From Fastidiosipila sp. (lineage in GTDB: Bacteria > Bacillota > Clostridia > Saccharofermentanales > DTU023): 64,000 nucleotides of DNA. Both the position numbers and the translations under genes were made by a program. Below the pieces are notes generated by a model. It saw only the letters and a program-made list of their open reading frames with translations, ran no database searches and was not told the DNA's origin. Positions 1 to 8,447 of this stretch are shown piece after piece (positions within the stretch are counted from its first letter, which is position 1; the number at the start of each line of letters is the position of its first letter). The stretch lies in assembly GCA_012511175.1 (NCBI GenBank), contig JAAZGO010000002.1, positions 1,047 to 65,046 on the forward strand, given 5' to 3'.

Positions 1-343
1 TCCCGAACTTTTTTGAAGCAGATACCCCCCGTCAAGAGAATCCTTGCTATGGGCTCGGCATCCTGTGAGAAGGCAGGGGAACGTTCTCCTGCCGGTCCTC
101 CATTTTCGCGAACGCAATTCTTCCTGTCTATCCTATATGTCGTCATGATGACTGCCCTTGTGTCTATGTCTGGTGGACAGATGTATGAGTATCAAAATAT
201 CGATTGGGTGAAAGGCTTGGCAGCACGGCCTTATGAGTGACCGCCCATAATATTCGTTTCAAAACAAAAAGGCAAAATCTTGTCAAAATGAGCACTTACA
301 GGGCCTCTGCGGGATGAAAATCGTACAATCGTTGTCGCGTAAG

Positions 344-373
344 TTATACACATAGTTATCAACATTATCAACA
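344..373 (+). repeat. three closely spaced DnaA-box-like 9-mers (TTATACACA, TTATCAACA, TTATCAACA)
   Basis: Read directly in the sequence. 344..352 is TTATACACA and fits TTATNCACA. 356..364 and 365..373 are TTATCAACA, one mismatch each and directly abutting. They lie in an AT-rich non-coding stretch upstream of rpiB. Confidence 0.3.
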
Positions 374-524
374 AAAATGTTGGTAAGTAATCGACAGACT
401 TCCGGATAAATTATCGCCAAAATGCGCAAAACAAATGGCGAAAAGGAGATATAATTAGATCTTTTTTTGGGTGCGGCAAAAGAGGATACTTGGAATTCCA
501 TTCAGCTAACCGTCAAGAATTGCG

Positions 525-553
525 TTGTCACCGCCGACCGCCTGCGCTAAAAT
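525..553 (+). promoter_or_regulatory. putative sigma-A promoter of rpiB-upp (TTGTCA-17 nt-TAAAAT)
   Basis: The -35 TTGTCA is at 525..530 and the -10 TAAAAT at 548..553, with a 17-nt spacer. It sits about 30 nt upstream of the rpiB start. Confidence 0.4.
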
Positions 554-580
554 GGGGAAAGGAAAAGGGAGGGGGTGAAT

Positions 581-1033
581 ATGAAAATCGCAGTCGCCAG
601 CGATCAGGCAGGTTACGAACTGAAGGAGGCCGTCAGGCAACATCTTCTGGAACAGGGCCATGAGGTTCATGACGTGGGAACCTACTCCAGGGATTCGGTC
701 AGTTATGCTGAATTCAGCCAGAAAGCGGCGGACAAAATCGTGGAAGGAACGTGTGAGCGGGGGATTGTCATCTGCGGAACGGGAATCGGCGTGTCCATGG
801 TTGCCAACAAGAATCCCGGTGTGCGCTGCGCGCTTTGCACCAATGCCTACATGGCGGAGATGGCCAGGCGCCACAACGATGCCAACGTGCTGGCTTTGGG
901 AGGCCGCGTGCTCGCGGTGCCTTACGCATTGACCCTGGTGGATATTTTCATGAAAGAGTCATTTGACGGCGGCCGCCATCAAATTCGGATCGATCAGATC
1001 ACTGAACATGAAAGGAGCATCTTTCGTGACTAA
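581..1033 (+). CDS. rpiB: ribose-5-phosphate isomerase B (RpiB/LacAB family)
   Basis: ORF 575..1033. [15 protein letters not shown] and [14 protein letters not shown] are typical RpiB motifs. A GGGAGGGGG RBS precedes ATG 581; GTG 575 is an alternative start. Confidence 0.9.
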   Translation: MKIAVASDQAGYELKEAVRQHLLEQGHEVHDVGTYSRDSVSYAEFSQKAADKIVEGTCERGIVICGTGIGVSMVANKNPGVRCALCTNAYMAEMARRHNDANVLALGGRVLAVPYALTLVDIFMKESFDGGRHQIRIDQITEHERSIFRD

Positions 1034-1673
1034 AGAAAACAATTATGAGGGGGTGTTCATTTTTGACCACCCGCTGATCCAGCACAAGCTTGCCTTGATG
1101 CGCGACAAGGACACGAAATCGAAAGAGTTCCGTGAACTGGTCAGCGAAGTATCCATGTTGATGGCCTATGAGGTAACCCGTGATCTGCCCTTGCGGCCGA
1201 TCGATGTCGAAACCCCCATTGGGACTGCGCACTGCCATATCATTGACGGAAAAAAACTTGCCCTGATCCCTATTCTAAGGGCAGGTTTGGGTATGGTCGA
1301 CGGCATGATCAACCTGATTCCCATGGCCAAGATCGGTCACATCGGACTTTACCGCGACCCGGACACCCTCGAGCCGGTTGAGTATTATTGCAAGCTTCCC
1401 GATGACATCGAGAACCGGGATGTGATTTTGCTGGATCCCATGCTGGCTACGGGCGGTTCCGCGGCGGCTTCAGTCGGCTTCCTTAAGGCGCGCAATATCG
1501 AACACATCAAGTTTGTCTGCCTGATTGCAGCCCCTGAGGGTATTGAGAAGTTACATGGCGAACATCCGGATATTCCCATTTTTTGTGCCGGCTTGGATGA
1601 CTGCCTCAACGAGCACGCCTACATCGTTCCAGGCCTGGGCGATGCCGGCGACAGGTTGTTCGGAACAAAATAA
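1026..1673 (+). CDS. upp: uracil phosphoribosyltransferase
   Basis: ORF 963..1673. It has [21 protein letters not shown] and the PRPP loop [19 protein letters not shown] precedes GTG 1026; ATG 1008 is an alternative start. Confidence 0.9.
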   Translation: MTKENNYEGVFIFDHPLIQHKLALMRDKDTKSKEFRELVSEVSMLMAYEVTRDLPLRPIDVETPIGTAHCHIIDGKKLALIPILRAGLGMVDGMINLIPMAKIGHIGLYRDPDTLEPVEYYCKLPDDIENRDVILLDPMLATGGSAAASVGFLKARNIEHIKFVCLIAAPEGIEKLHGEHPDIPIFCAGLDDCLNEHAYIVPGLGDAGDRLFGTK

Positions 1674-1701
1674 GCCGCTATTGCCTGTAAAGGAATCCGC
1701 A

Positions 1702-1740
1702 GGGCACTTCCCTCTGCCCAGAGGGAAGCGCCCTTTTATT
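1702..1740. terminator. bidirectional rho-independent terminator between upp and the FHA gene
   Basis: GGGCACTTCCCTCT-GCCC-AGAGGGAAGCGCCC forms a 14-bp stem with one mismatch, followed by TTTTATT. It lies between convergent genes. Confidence 0.6.
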
Positions 1741-2764
1741 CACAACGGAAGTAAAAAAAGTGTCCCGCAAAAGCAATCCTGCACTTGTCAGGGAGCAGGT
1801 ATTGACGGTGACCATTCAAGCGGACCCCGTCCAGGCTTGTCCCGTTTTTTGACCCAAGGTCCTCAATAAAAAAGCTGCCGTCCTTGAGCAGAATGCGGGC
1901 GTGGATCCGGCTGATGGCGGACGAATCAATGCAAAGGTCGGCGTCCCCCAGATCCCTGCCAATAAAAAACTCTTCGGTGAGAATGTAGGCACGATGCCCG
2001 TATTCTTCCTCGGGTGTTCCCGGCAAGCCTTCTGACAACTGGGCGATTTTGTAGCCCGCGGGCGCAAGGTCGAGCTCATGGGTTATTTCGTGAATCGGAC
2101 TTTCGCCCGCACCAAGCAGGACCCGGCAGGCCGCCTGAATCATGGAAGAGATTTTTCCGGTTTTCTGTGAAACTGCCGGCCGCCTTCCAGACGGCCGGCA
2201 GGGAGGGCCGGCAAGTGCCCGTGCCTCCTCCAGCAAGTCGCCATAGGCCTGTTTGGCAAAAAGGGCGCTGAAGCGGTCCGCCGTGAGGGGATCCCATTGA
2301 AAAACGCGGGCCATGAAATCCATGAGCGGCTCACCCTGATCTTTCAAGCCCGCATGATCGATTGAGAAGGGCAGGCAAATCAGTTTCACCCCGGGCTCTT
2401 TATCCGGGCAGCCGGGTTCCGTGAAAATAAGATCCGGCCGCAGCAGATCCTGCTCGACCAGCAGAAGGTGGTCAAGTGCCTCATCGACCGCGGTCATAAT
2501 CCTTTCGAACAAGCGGTAACCGGTGGCCTTATCCCCTTTTATAGATTGGACCGCCCGGCACAGGGGCTGGAGATTCCCCACCTCTGCAAAGAGAACCACT
2601 CCGCCACCGGCGCTCAGCTGCCAGGAAAGGGGCAGGGCGCTTGCAGGGCGATGGCGGAGCAGTCCGGTCTCAAGGCAGGGATCCGCATCACTGCCTGCGG
2701 AAGCCAGGCGGGCTGACAAGCGGATAAAACCGGGAAAACCTGTAGAGTCCACCATGCCAGCCAC
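1736..2764 (-). CDS. FHA-domain protein, last gene of the Tad-like operon
   Basis: The C-terminus FIGRDLGDADLCIDSSAISRIHARILLKDGSFFIEDLGSKNGTSLDG is a canonical FHA signature (GR...S..H...N.T). The roughly 230-aa N-terminal region has no motif I recognise. The gene starts 5 nt after the flp stop. Confidence 0.75.
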   Translation of the reverse strand: MAGMVDSTGFPGFIRLSARLASAGSDADPCLETGLLRHRPASALPLSWQLSAGGGVVLFAEVGNLQPLCRAVQSIKGDKATGYRLFERIMTAVDEALDHLLLVEQDLLRPDLIFTEPGCPDKEPGVKLICLPFSIDHAGLKDQGEPLMDFMARVFQWDPLTADRFSALFAKQAYGDLLEEARALAGPPCRPSGRRPAVSQKTGKISSMIQAACRVLLGAGESPIHEITHELDLAPAGYKIAQLSEGLPGTPEEEYGHRAYILTEEFFIGRDLGDADLCIDSSAISRIHARILLKDGSFFIEDLGSKNGTSLDGVRLNGHRQYLLPDKCRIAFAGHFFYFRCE

Positions 2765-2769
2765 TCACC

Positions 2770-2946
2770 CTACAATCCTTCAATGACTGAAGAGGTGAAG
2801 ACTTTATCGATCAGTTTGTTGGCAAAGGCAATGATGTTTTCGCGGAACAAGAGAGCAATGGTGATCAGAACGGCGATAATGATGATCACTTCAAGCGTTC
2901 CGAAGCCGTCCCATGACAGCCTTTCCGGCTTTTTTCCTTTTTTCAC
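2770..2946 (-). CDS. flp: Flp-family type IVb (class III) prepilin, 58 aa
   Basis: Not in the ORF track because it is under 60 aa. On the reverse strand AAAGGAGG is followed by 5 nt and then GTG at 2946. The translation is VKKGKKPERLSWDGFGTLEVIIIIAVLITIALLFRENIIAFANKLIDKVFTSSVIEGL*. A basic leader, then G/FGTLEV, then a hydrophobic helix, matches the Flp G/xxxxE(Y/V) processing motif. The gene sits directly downstream of tadBC. Confidence 0.7.
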   Translation of the reverse strand: MKKGKKPERLSWDGFGTLEVIIIIAVLITIALLFRENIIAFANKLIDKVFTSSVIEGL

Positions 2947-3069
2947 GGCCGCCTCCTTTCAATAGGGCATGTCAATGTGTCTCCCATTATGGCCCCGCGC
3001 ACTTCCCGCCCTGTTTCGCCGTCATGTCTTTAAGGGGCCAGGGGCGCGGAATTGACAGAATCGCCAGCT

Positions 3070-4665
3070 TCATAAAAAGGAGCGCATGCTGACCAGAGCC
3101 GGCAGGATGACGGTCACCATGACCACGATCAGGTCGATTGCCATGGGAATGACATAGAGCAGGGAGCGTTGCTCAGCTCTTCCTCTCAGGGCATCGCGGT
3201 AGAGCTGACGGCTCCGGTCAGATTGCATGCGGATTAGTTCCAGGATTTCCCCACCTCCTTCACGCTCATAGCGGGCCATCAAGCGGAGGGCTGCCTGCAC
3301 CTCAGGCAGGGGGCAGCGTTCGGCCAGCTGGTCGGCAGCCATCACACTGTCGTAGCCTGTTTCAAGCAGCAGGGCCGCCTGGGCCAAACTTAAGGCAACC
3401 GGATTGTCGGGATGGGCGCCGGCAATGTTGACATGGGCCACCATGCGCAGGGAACGGTCAAGAGTCAGACCGCTTTCCATCAGGATATGAAGCGAGTTGA
3501 CCACGGAAGGATAGAAAAACCGGAACTGCTCTTTTTGCCTGGCCGCCTGTCCAACGGTGATCAGGTCCCGAAGCGTTGAAAAAGCGAAAGGTGTCAGCAG
3601 GATCAGAAACCATGAAATCCGCCCCGACAGGGCAAAGAGGGCAGCAAGAAAAAGGCCTGATGCCAGATCGAGACGTTTTCTGGCCAAATAGGAAGGCCAG
3701 GCATATTCAGGATGACCGGACAGAAGGAGGACGGCTGAAGCGACCGACATGCCAATCTGGCCGGGCAGCCAGTCCAGGTAAAGGCGCGACAGCCATTTGG
3801 CTGCGGCTGGCTTTCGGGAGGCGGGCAGTTTTCCGCTGCCAGCCTTATTTTGCCGCTTCTTCTTGATTTTCGTTTTTTCAGGTGCTAAGAGCAAGAGCAA
3901 AATAAAGAGGGCGAACATCGCCACCAGATAAAGGAGTTTGAGCGGCAGCATCAGGGCAGGCGACTCGTGAATGGGCTGGCTGTAGGTTGAGGTATTGCTC
4001 AGGACAAAGCGAGCCATGAAGAAGGGGATTACAGCCAGGATCAGCGCTTCGCTGGAGTGACCGCGCCGTTCGTTGGAAACCTCGCTTTGTGCGTTGATCT
4101 GAGCAGCGAGATCCTGATGACTCTGACGGATAAAGATGTCAACCCTGCCGCCTGTCTGGGCCAGCATGATCAGCATGGTAAAGTCCCGCTTGCAAACCGG
4201 CAGCCCAACTTGCCCTGTGAAGACAGACAGGGCTTCGTTCAGGGACATCTGTGCCTCCAGGTTTTTTCTCATCCGGAAGAGTGACCGGACGATCAAGTTG
4301 TTGCGGCCAAGCTGGCCGGACAAGGGCCGGGCGGATTCGGAAAAAGCTGCTTCCAGGGGAATGCCGGCTGAAAGCCTGGTTGAAAGATAGCCCAAAAGAT
4401 GGAGGTATTGGGTCAACAGCATCCGCTCCTCGCGCCTGTGGAAGAGACGGGCCAGACCGATTCCCAGCAGAAGTGCCCCCGCGGCAGTGACAAACCAGCA
4501 GGAAGGGGTGTCTCCGAGAAAGGCGATCAGGGCCAGCCGGGCGGGGATAACTGACAGGAGGACCCAGCGGATGGTTGACAGCCACCGGTGACGGGAAAGC
4601 TGTCTTTCTTTTCTTCTCCGGGACTTTGGAATACGACCGAAGACCCCCTCTTTTCCTTTGTTCAT
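3070..4665 (-). CDS. fused TadB/TadC-like type II secretion system F-family membrane protein
   Basis: ORF 3070..4722. It is a polytopic membrane protein with two T2SSF-like halves, directly downstream of cpaF. ATG 4665 forms an ATGA overlap with the cpaF stop; ATG 4674 is an alternative start. Confidence 0.75.
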   Translation of the reverse strand: MNKGKEGVFGRIPKSRRRKERQLSRHRWLSTIRWVLLSVIPARLALIAFLGDTPSCWFVTAAGALLLGIGLARLFHRREERMLLTQYLHLLGYLSTRLSAGIPLEAAFSESARPLSGQLGRNNLIVRSLFRMRKNLEAQMSLNEALSVFTGQVGLPVCKRDFTMLIMLAQTGGRVDIFIRQSHQDLAAQINAQSEVSNERRGHSSEALILAVIPFFMARFVLSNTSTYSQPIHESPALMLPLKLLYLVAMFALFILLLLLAPEKTKIKKKRQNKAGSGKLPASRKPAAAKWLSRLYLDWLPGQIGMSVASAVLLLSGHPEYAWPSYLARKRLDLASGLFLAALFALSGRISWFLILLTPFAFSTLRDLITVGQAARQKEQFRFFYPSVVNSLHILMESGLTLDRSLRMVAHVNIAGAHPDNPVALSLAQAALLLETGYDSVMAADQLAERCPLPEVQAALRLMARYEREGGGEILELIRMQSDRSRQLYRDALRGRAEQRSLLYVIPMAIDLIVVMVTVILPALVSMRSFL

Positions 4666-5945
4666 TTTCTGCATGCCTGCTCCTTTCGGCCGCGCAGGCG
4701 GCCAAGATGAACCGTACGGCAAAGTCTTTCCCCGGCAGGCGGCATTCCCCTATCTTCCGTATGATCGCGCGGAGGAAGGATTTTGCAGGAGGTTCCGGAT
4801 TTGTTGGCACTTGTGTGAGGTGACCGGTAATGGACAGAAAGCTGAAAGGTTTCATCTTGAAAACCGGTGACCGAACTGATTTCGGCGACCAGCCGCCTGC
4901 CGTCGGGCATCCTGACCAGGTGGACCATGAGGTCGATGGATGATGCGACCATCCTTCTGCATGCCTCCCAGGGAAGCTGCGAGGCGGTCATGAGAAGAAG
5001 TGCCAGGCGGTTGAGCATCTCAGCCGTACTGTTTCCATGGCCGGTTGACATGGAGCCGGGATGGCCCGTCTGCATGGCCTGGATCATGTCGTAAGCCTCG
5101 ATGCCTCTGACCTCGCCGACGATCACGCGGTCGGGCCGGAGGCGAAGCGAGGAATTGATGAGGGTGGACAGGGAAATGGTGCCGCTGCCATCGATCGAAG
5201 CCGTGCGCGCCTCAAGGCGGACCAGGTTATGTTTTCCAGTCAATTCGAGCTCGGCGGCATCTTCCACCGTGACGATGCGTTCATGCTGGGGAATGAAGGC
5301 GGCAAGTGCGTTCAAAAAGGTGGTCTTGCCCGAAGCTGTACCGCCGCTGATGAAAATATTTTTACGTTCCCGCACGGCGTCCGCCAGGAAAGCAGCCTCG
5401 CCTTGGGGGATGGTCTGATTATTGATCAATGCCTCCATGGAGGGATGAATGCCCGTAAAGCGTCTGATCGACAGAACCGGACCGTTTGGCGCGGCAGGAG
5501 GCAGGATGGCGTGAACACGGGAACCGTCCGCAAGCCGCATATCGGCAATGGGTGAGCGCTCGTGTACCAGCTTGTTGGCCCGCCCGAAAAACCGGCTGAT
5601 CACATGGGTCATATGGGCAGCTGAATCAAAGGACAGATCGGTCATCTCCAGCTTCCCGGCCCGCTCGATGTAGATCTGGCCGGGGTTGTTGACCATGATC
5701 TCTGTAATATCCGCTTCCTCCAGAAGCGGCTGCAAAATATCGAGGCCCCGCATGGCATCAAAAAGATGGCGGATCAGGCGTGTTTTCTCCGCAACGGTCA
5801 AAGAAGAGCCCTGCGTCCGCTCCGATACCTCAGCGGCAATCATGCGCCTCAATTCATCGTCCGAGGGCTCGCTTCCCGGTTCAAGGTGAGAAGCGATGCG
5901 CTGGATCCAGAGTTGCTTTTCCTTGTAGCCCGGAAGCAAGGTCAA
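4662..5945 (-). CDS. cpaF: CpaF/TadA-family pilus assembly ATPase
   Basis: Motifs seen: ITEIMVNNPGQIYIERAGK, Walker A ISGGTASGKTTFLNAL, GEVRG.EA and TGHPGSMSTGH. These match the type II/IV secretion ATPase CpaF subfamily. Confidence 0.9.
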   Translation of the reverse strand: MTLLPGYKEKQLWIQRIASHLEPGSEPSDDELRRMIAAEVSERTQGSSLTVAEKTRLIRHLFDAMRGLDILQPLLEEADITEIMVNNPGQIYIERAGKLEMTDLSFDSAAHMTHVISRFFGRANKLVHERSPIADMRLADGSRVHAILPPAAPNGPVLSIRRFTGIHPSMEALINNQTIPQGEAAFLADAVRERKNIFISGGTASGKTTFLNALAAFIPQHERIVTVEDAAELELTGKHNLVRLEARTASIDGSGTISLSTLINSSLRLRPDRVIVGEVRGIEAYDMIQAMQTGHPGSMSTGHGNSTAEMLNRLALLLMTASQLPWEACRRMVASSIDLMVHLVRMPDGRRLVAEISSVTGFQDETFQLSVHYRSPHTSANKSGTSCKILPPRDHTEDRGMPPAGERLCRTVHLGRLRGRKEQACRK

Positions 5946-6895
5946 GACTCCCCGGGATCCGCCGTCGCTGTCGGGTCAGCCGGATGTTCGAGAATGGCGC
6001 AGCTTTTCGGGAGAGCTGCCAGAAAGATGCCCAGTTCACGCCGGGCCATCTGGGCAGCAGAGGAATCGCCCTGGGGAATGTCGACATAGAGCTGGTCGCA
6101 AAGGATAGCCAGTGATTTCAGCTTGTCAAGGGGCAGGCCCGCGGTATCGAGCCAGACCACTGTCGGCTCTGTTGAGGTGCGGGCATAGGCGCCGCAAAGG
6201 TTGACCAGCTGTTTCAGGTGCCGGGTCTCGCAGGCGATCATGTCATCTGCCCGGTCGGGGAGCCTGAAAGCAAAATAACCATTCTCATGTAAATAGAGCC
6301 AGGAACCAAGGTCACCGGCCTCCGGCAGGTCTCCCGAGGCGATCAGGCAAAGCAGGTCGCCCAGGGTTTGCCGGGGTCCCCGCCGAAAGGTGTCGGTGAC
6401 CAGATAGAGCGGTTTGACCGGCAGGTAGATCAGCCTGCGTCCGGCGGCCATTTCCTTCTTGATGACATGCCGCGTGATGGCCTCGCTTCTTTCCTGGGAG
6501 AATGACAAGTGGCAGCCAAGCCACCGGCGGCCGGGTTCCGCCCCGGATGCGGCCGGATCAATTTGATCCGCCAGATGGTGCCTTATCGCCTGGTCAATCC
6601 GGCGGGCTCCCCCAAAACGGGGCACCCGCTCCATGAGCCCGTCATCATCCTGAGCGGACTCCTGCCCCCAATGGAGCACGACAGGGCCCCCGCTGACGGA
6701 AGTATAGGTGTTTTTGAGCGAGGAGGGAACGATCAGAAGTGAGGCAGGCGCGTCCAAAGTGAAGTCGCGGGAGGCCGCCGGTTTGACGACAACCCGGTAG
6801 GAGCCCGCTGCCAGCGCGCGGAGGCGGTCCGCCATCCGGTCGGCTGCCTGGCTGTATGTGTCTATCAAAACGACCGTCGGTTTGATCCGCACCAC
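5942..6895 (-). CDS. hypothetical protein, first gene of the Tad-like operon (possibly a degenerate TadZ/CpaE-like scaffold)
   Basis: It overlaps cpaF by 4 nt. Length and position match TadZ/CpaE. Where a KGGxGKT P-loop would be expected the sequence reads CHLSFSQERSEAIT, and no Walker A is visible. The functional call is weak. Confidence 0.5.
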   Translation of the reverse strand: MVRIKPTVVLIDTYSQAADRMADRLRALAAGSYRVVVKPAASRDFTLDAPASLLIVPSSLKNTYTSVSGGPVVLHWGQESAQDDDGLMERVPRFGGARRIDQAIRHHLADQIDPAASGAEPGRRWLGCHLSFSQERSEAITRHVIKKEMAAGRRLIYLPVKPLYLVTDTFRRGPRQTLGDLLCLIASGDLPEAGDLGSWLYLHENGYFAFRLPDRADDMIACETRHLKQLVNLCGAYARTSTEPTVVWLDTAGLPLDKLKSLAILCDQLYVDIPQGDSSAAQMARRELGIFLAALPKSCAILEHPADPTATADPGES

Positions 6896-7051
6896 CTCCG
6901 CCCTGCCTTGTCCCAGCCATAACCTGTGGGGTTATCTTAAAAAAGAGCCCTAGATTTTCCGAGCAAAGAGAATGACAGAAAAGGCCTTCTCTTGCTTTTT
7001 TCGTCAAAGATCAGCCTGGCTGATGTGCTATAGTAAGCAAAATTGAATATC

Positions 7052-7154
7052 AACTTATCGCGAGAGGTGGAGGGACTGGCCCTGTGAAGCCCGGCAACCG
7101 CGGTGATGCGGCGGTGCTAATTCCTGCAGATCGCAAGATCTGAAAGATGAGGTT
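7052..7154 (+). promoter_or_regulatory. SAM-I (S-box) riboswitch
   Basis: ACTTATCGCGAGAGGTGGAGGGACTGGCCCTGTGAAGCCCGGCAACC...GGTGCTAATTCCTGCAGA...GAAAGATGAGG matches the S-box core (AGAGGTGGAGGGACTGGCCC, CCCGGCAACC, GGTGCTAA). It lies upstream of metK. An extended -10 TGCTATAGT is at 7026..7034. Confidence 0.9.
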
Positions 7155-7158
7155 TGTG

Positions 7159-7183
7159 ACAGCCTCCTCCCGGAGGCTTTTTG
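7159..7183 (+). terminator. riboswitch expression-platform terminator
   Basis: AGCCTCC-TCCC-GGAGGCT is followed by TTTTT, immediately 3' of the S-box aptamer. Confidence 0.7.
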
Positions 7184-7226
7184 TCGCCACAACCCTCTTC
7201 TCCCGCTTAGGAACCAGGAGGTAAAA

Positions 7227-8411
7227 ATGTTTAATTCAACGAATGACTCATGGCTGTTCACTTCTGAATCGGTGACCGAGGGTCACCCGGATAAGGTTTG
7301 CGACCAGATTGCCGACGCGGTGCTCGATACCCTGATCGGTCATGACCCCTGCGCCCGTGTCGCCTGTGAAACCGTTGTGACGACGGGCCTTGTGCTGGTT
7401 CTTGGGGAGATCACCACCAGTGCCTATGCCGATATCCCCCTGATTGCACGCGAAACACTGCGCCGGATTGGCTATGCAGACAATCAGACTGGATTTGATG
7501 CCTCCTCCTGCGCAGTCTTAACTTCAATTGATGAACAGTCGGCGGATATTGCCATGGGAGTCAACTGTTCACTTGAGGCCCGCGAAAATGGCGACCACGA
7601 TACGGGGGCAGGGGATCAGGGCATGATGTTCGGCTTCGCCAACAGTGATACGCCGGAATACATGCCGCTGCCCATCACCCTGGCTCACCGGCTGACCAAA
7701 AGACTGGCCGAGGCGCGCAAAAGCGGGCATGCCCCCTCCCTTTACCCGGACGGCAAATCACAGGTAACCATCCATTATGAGGGCGAGCGGCCCGTGCACA
7801 TCGATACGGTAGTCATCTCATCCCAACACCGCGATGATGTTCCGTCCGAGCAGGTACGCGAGGAAATTGAGGATGCTGTCATCTACCCTGTTCTGGCAGG
7901 TGATTTATTTGACAGTAAAACCAGGATCCTGATCAATCCGACAGGCCGTTTCGTGATTGGAGGACCCCAGGGCGATACGGGCCTGACCGGCAGGAAAATC
8001 ATTTGTGATACCTATGGCGGCTTTGGCCACCATGGCGGCGGAGCCTTTTCGGGCAAGGATCCGACCAAGGTTGACCGGACGGGCTCCTATGCCGCCCGTT
8101 ACATCGCGAAGAATCTGGTCGCTGCCGGATTTTGCAGTCAGTGTGAGGTTCAGATTGCTTACGTGATCGGTGTCGCCCAGCCGGTTTCAGTCACGGTGAC
8201 CACTTTCGGCACAGGCAGGGGACATTCCGACCAGGAGTTGAGCGCTCTGGTCAGGCGGTCTTTTGATCTGCGGCCCGATGCCCTGATCGAGCGCTTTGAT
8301 ATGCTCCGCCCCATCTATGCGCAGGTCAGCAATTACGGTCATTTTGGCAGGCCGGACCTGGATCTGCCCTGGGAGCGCCTTGACGCCCTTGAACAACTCC
8401 TGTCAAACTGA
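7227..8411 (+). CDS. metK: S-adenosylmethionine synthetase
   Basis: [34 protein letters not shown] and [15 protein letters not shown] are diagnostic MetK motifs. AGGAGG RBS is present. Confidence 0.97.
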   Translation: MFNSTNDSWLFTSESVTEGHPDKVCDQIADAVLDTLIGHDPCARVACETVVTTGLVLVLGEITTSAYADIPLIARETLRRIGYADNQTGFDASSCAVLTSIDEQSADIAMGVNCSLEARENGDHDTGAGDQGMMFGFANSDTPEYMPLPITLAHRLTKRLAEARKSGHAPSLYPDGKSQVTIHYEGERPVHIDTVVISSQHRDDVPSEQVREEIEDAVIYPVLAGDLFDSKTRILINPTGRFVIGGPQGDTGLTGRKIICDTYGGFGHHGGGAFSGKDPTKVDRTGSYAARYIAKNLVAAGFCSQCEVQIAYVIGVAQPVSVTVTTFGTGRGHSDQELSALVRRSFDLRPDALIERFDMLRPIYAQVSNYGHFGRPDLDLPWERLDALEQLLSN

Positions 8412-8447
8412 GGAAAGCAATCATTCTTATGGAGTCCCGGCAAAGGC

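Noticed and set aside
13-240. 75-aa plus-strand ORF at the window start
   Set aside because: It has a TTG start without an RBS and no recognisable motif. The region also contains a hairpin (about 72..93) that could be the terminator of an upstream gene. Evidence is insufficient.
240-574. Replication origin (oriC), suggested by the DnaA-box-like 9-mers
   Set aside because: There is only one perfect box and two one-mismatch boxes, with no dnaA/dnaN or other origin-linked genes nearby and no obvious DnaA-trio/DUE arrangement. I report it only as a low-interest cluster.
2783-2965. 60-aa plus-strand ORF
   Set aside because: It is the antisense of the Flp prepilin gene, which has a strong RBS and a class III prepilin signature.
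4139-4855. 238-aa minus-strand ORF in an alternative frame
   Set aside because: It overlaps the tadBC and cpaF coding frames, both of which have clear family features. Its product is Pro/Arg/Gly-rich and low in complexity.
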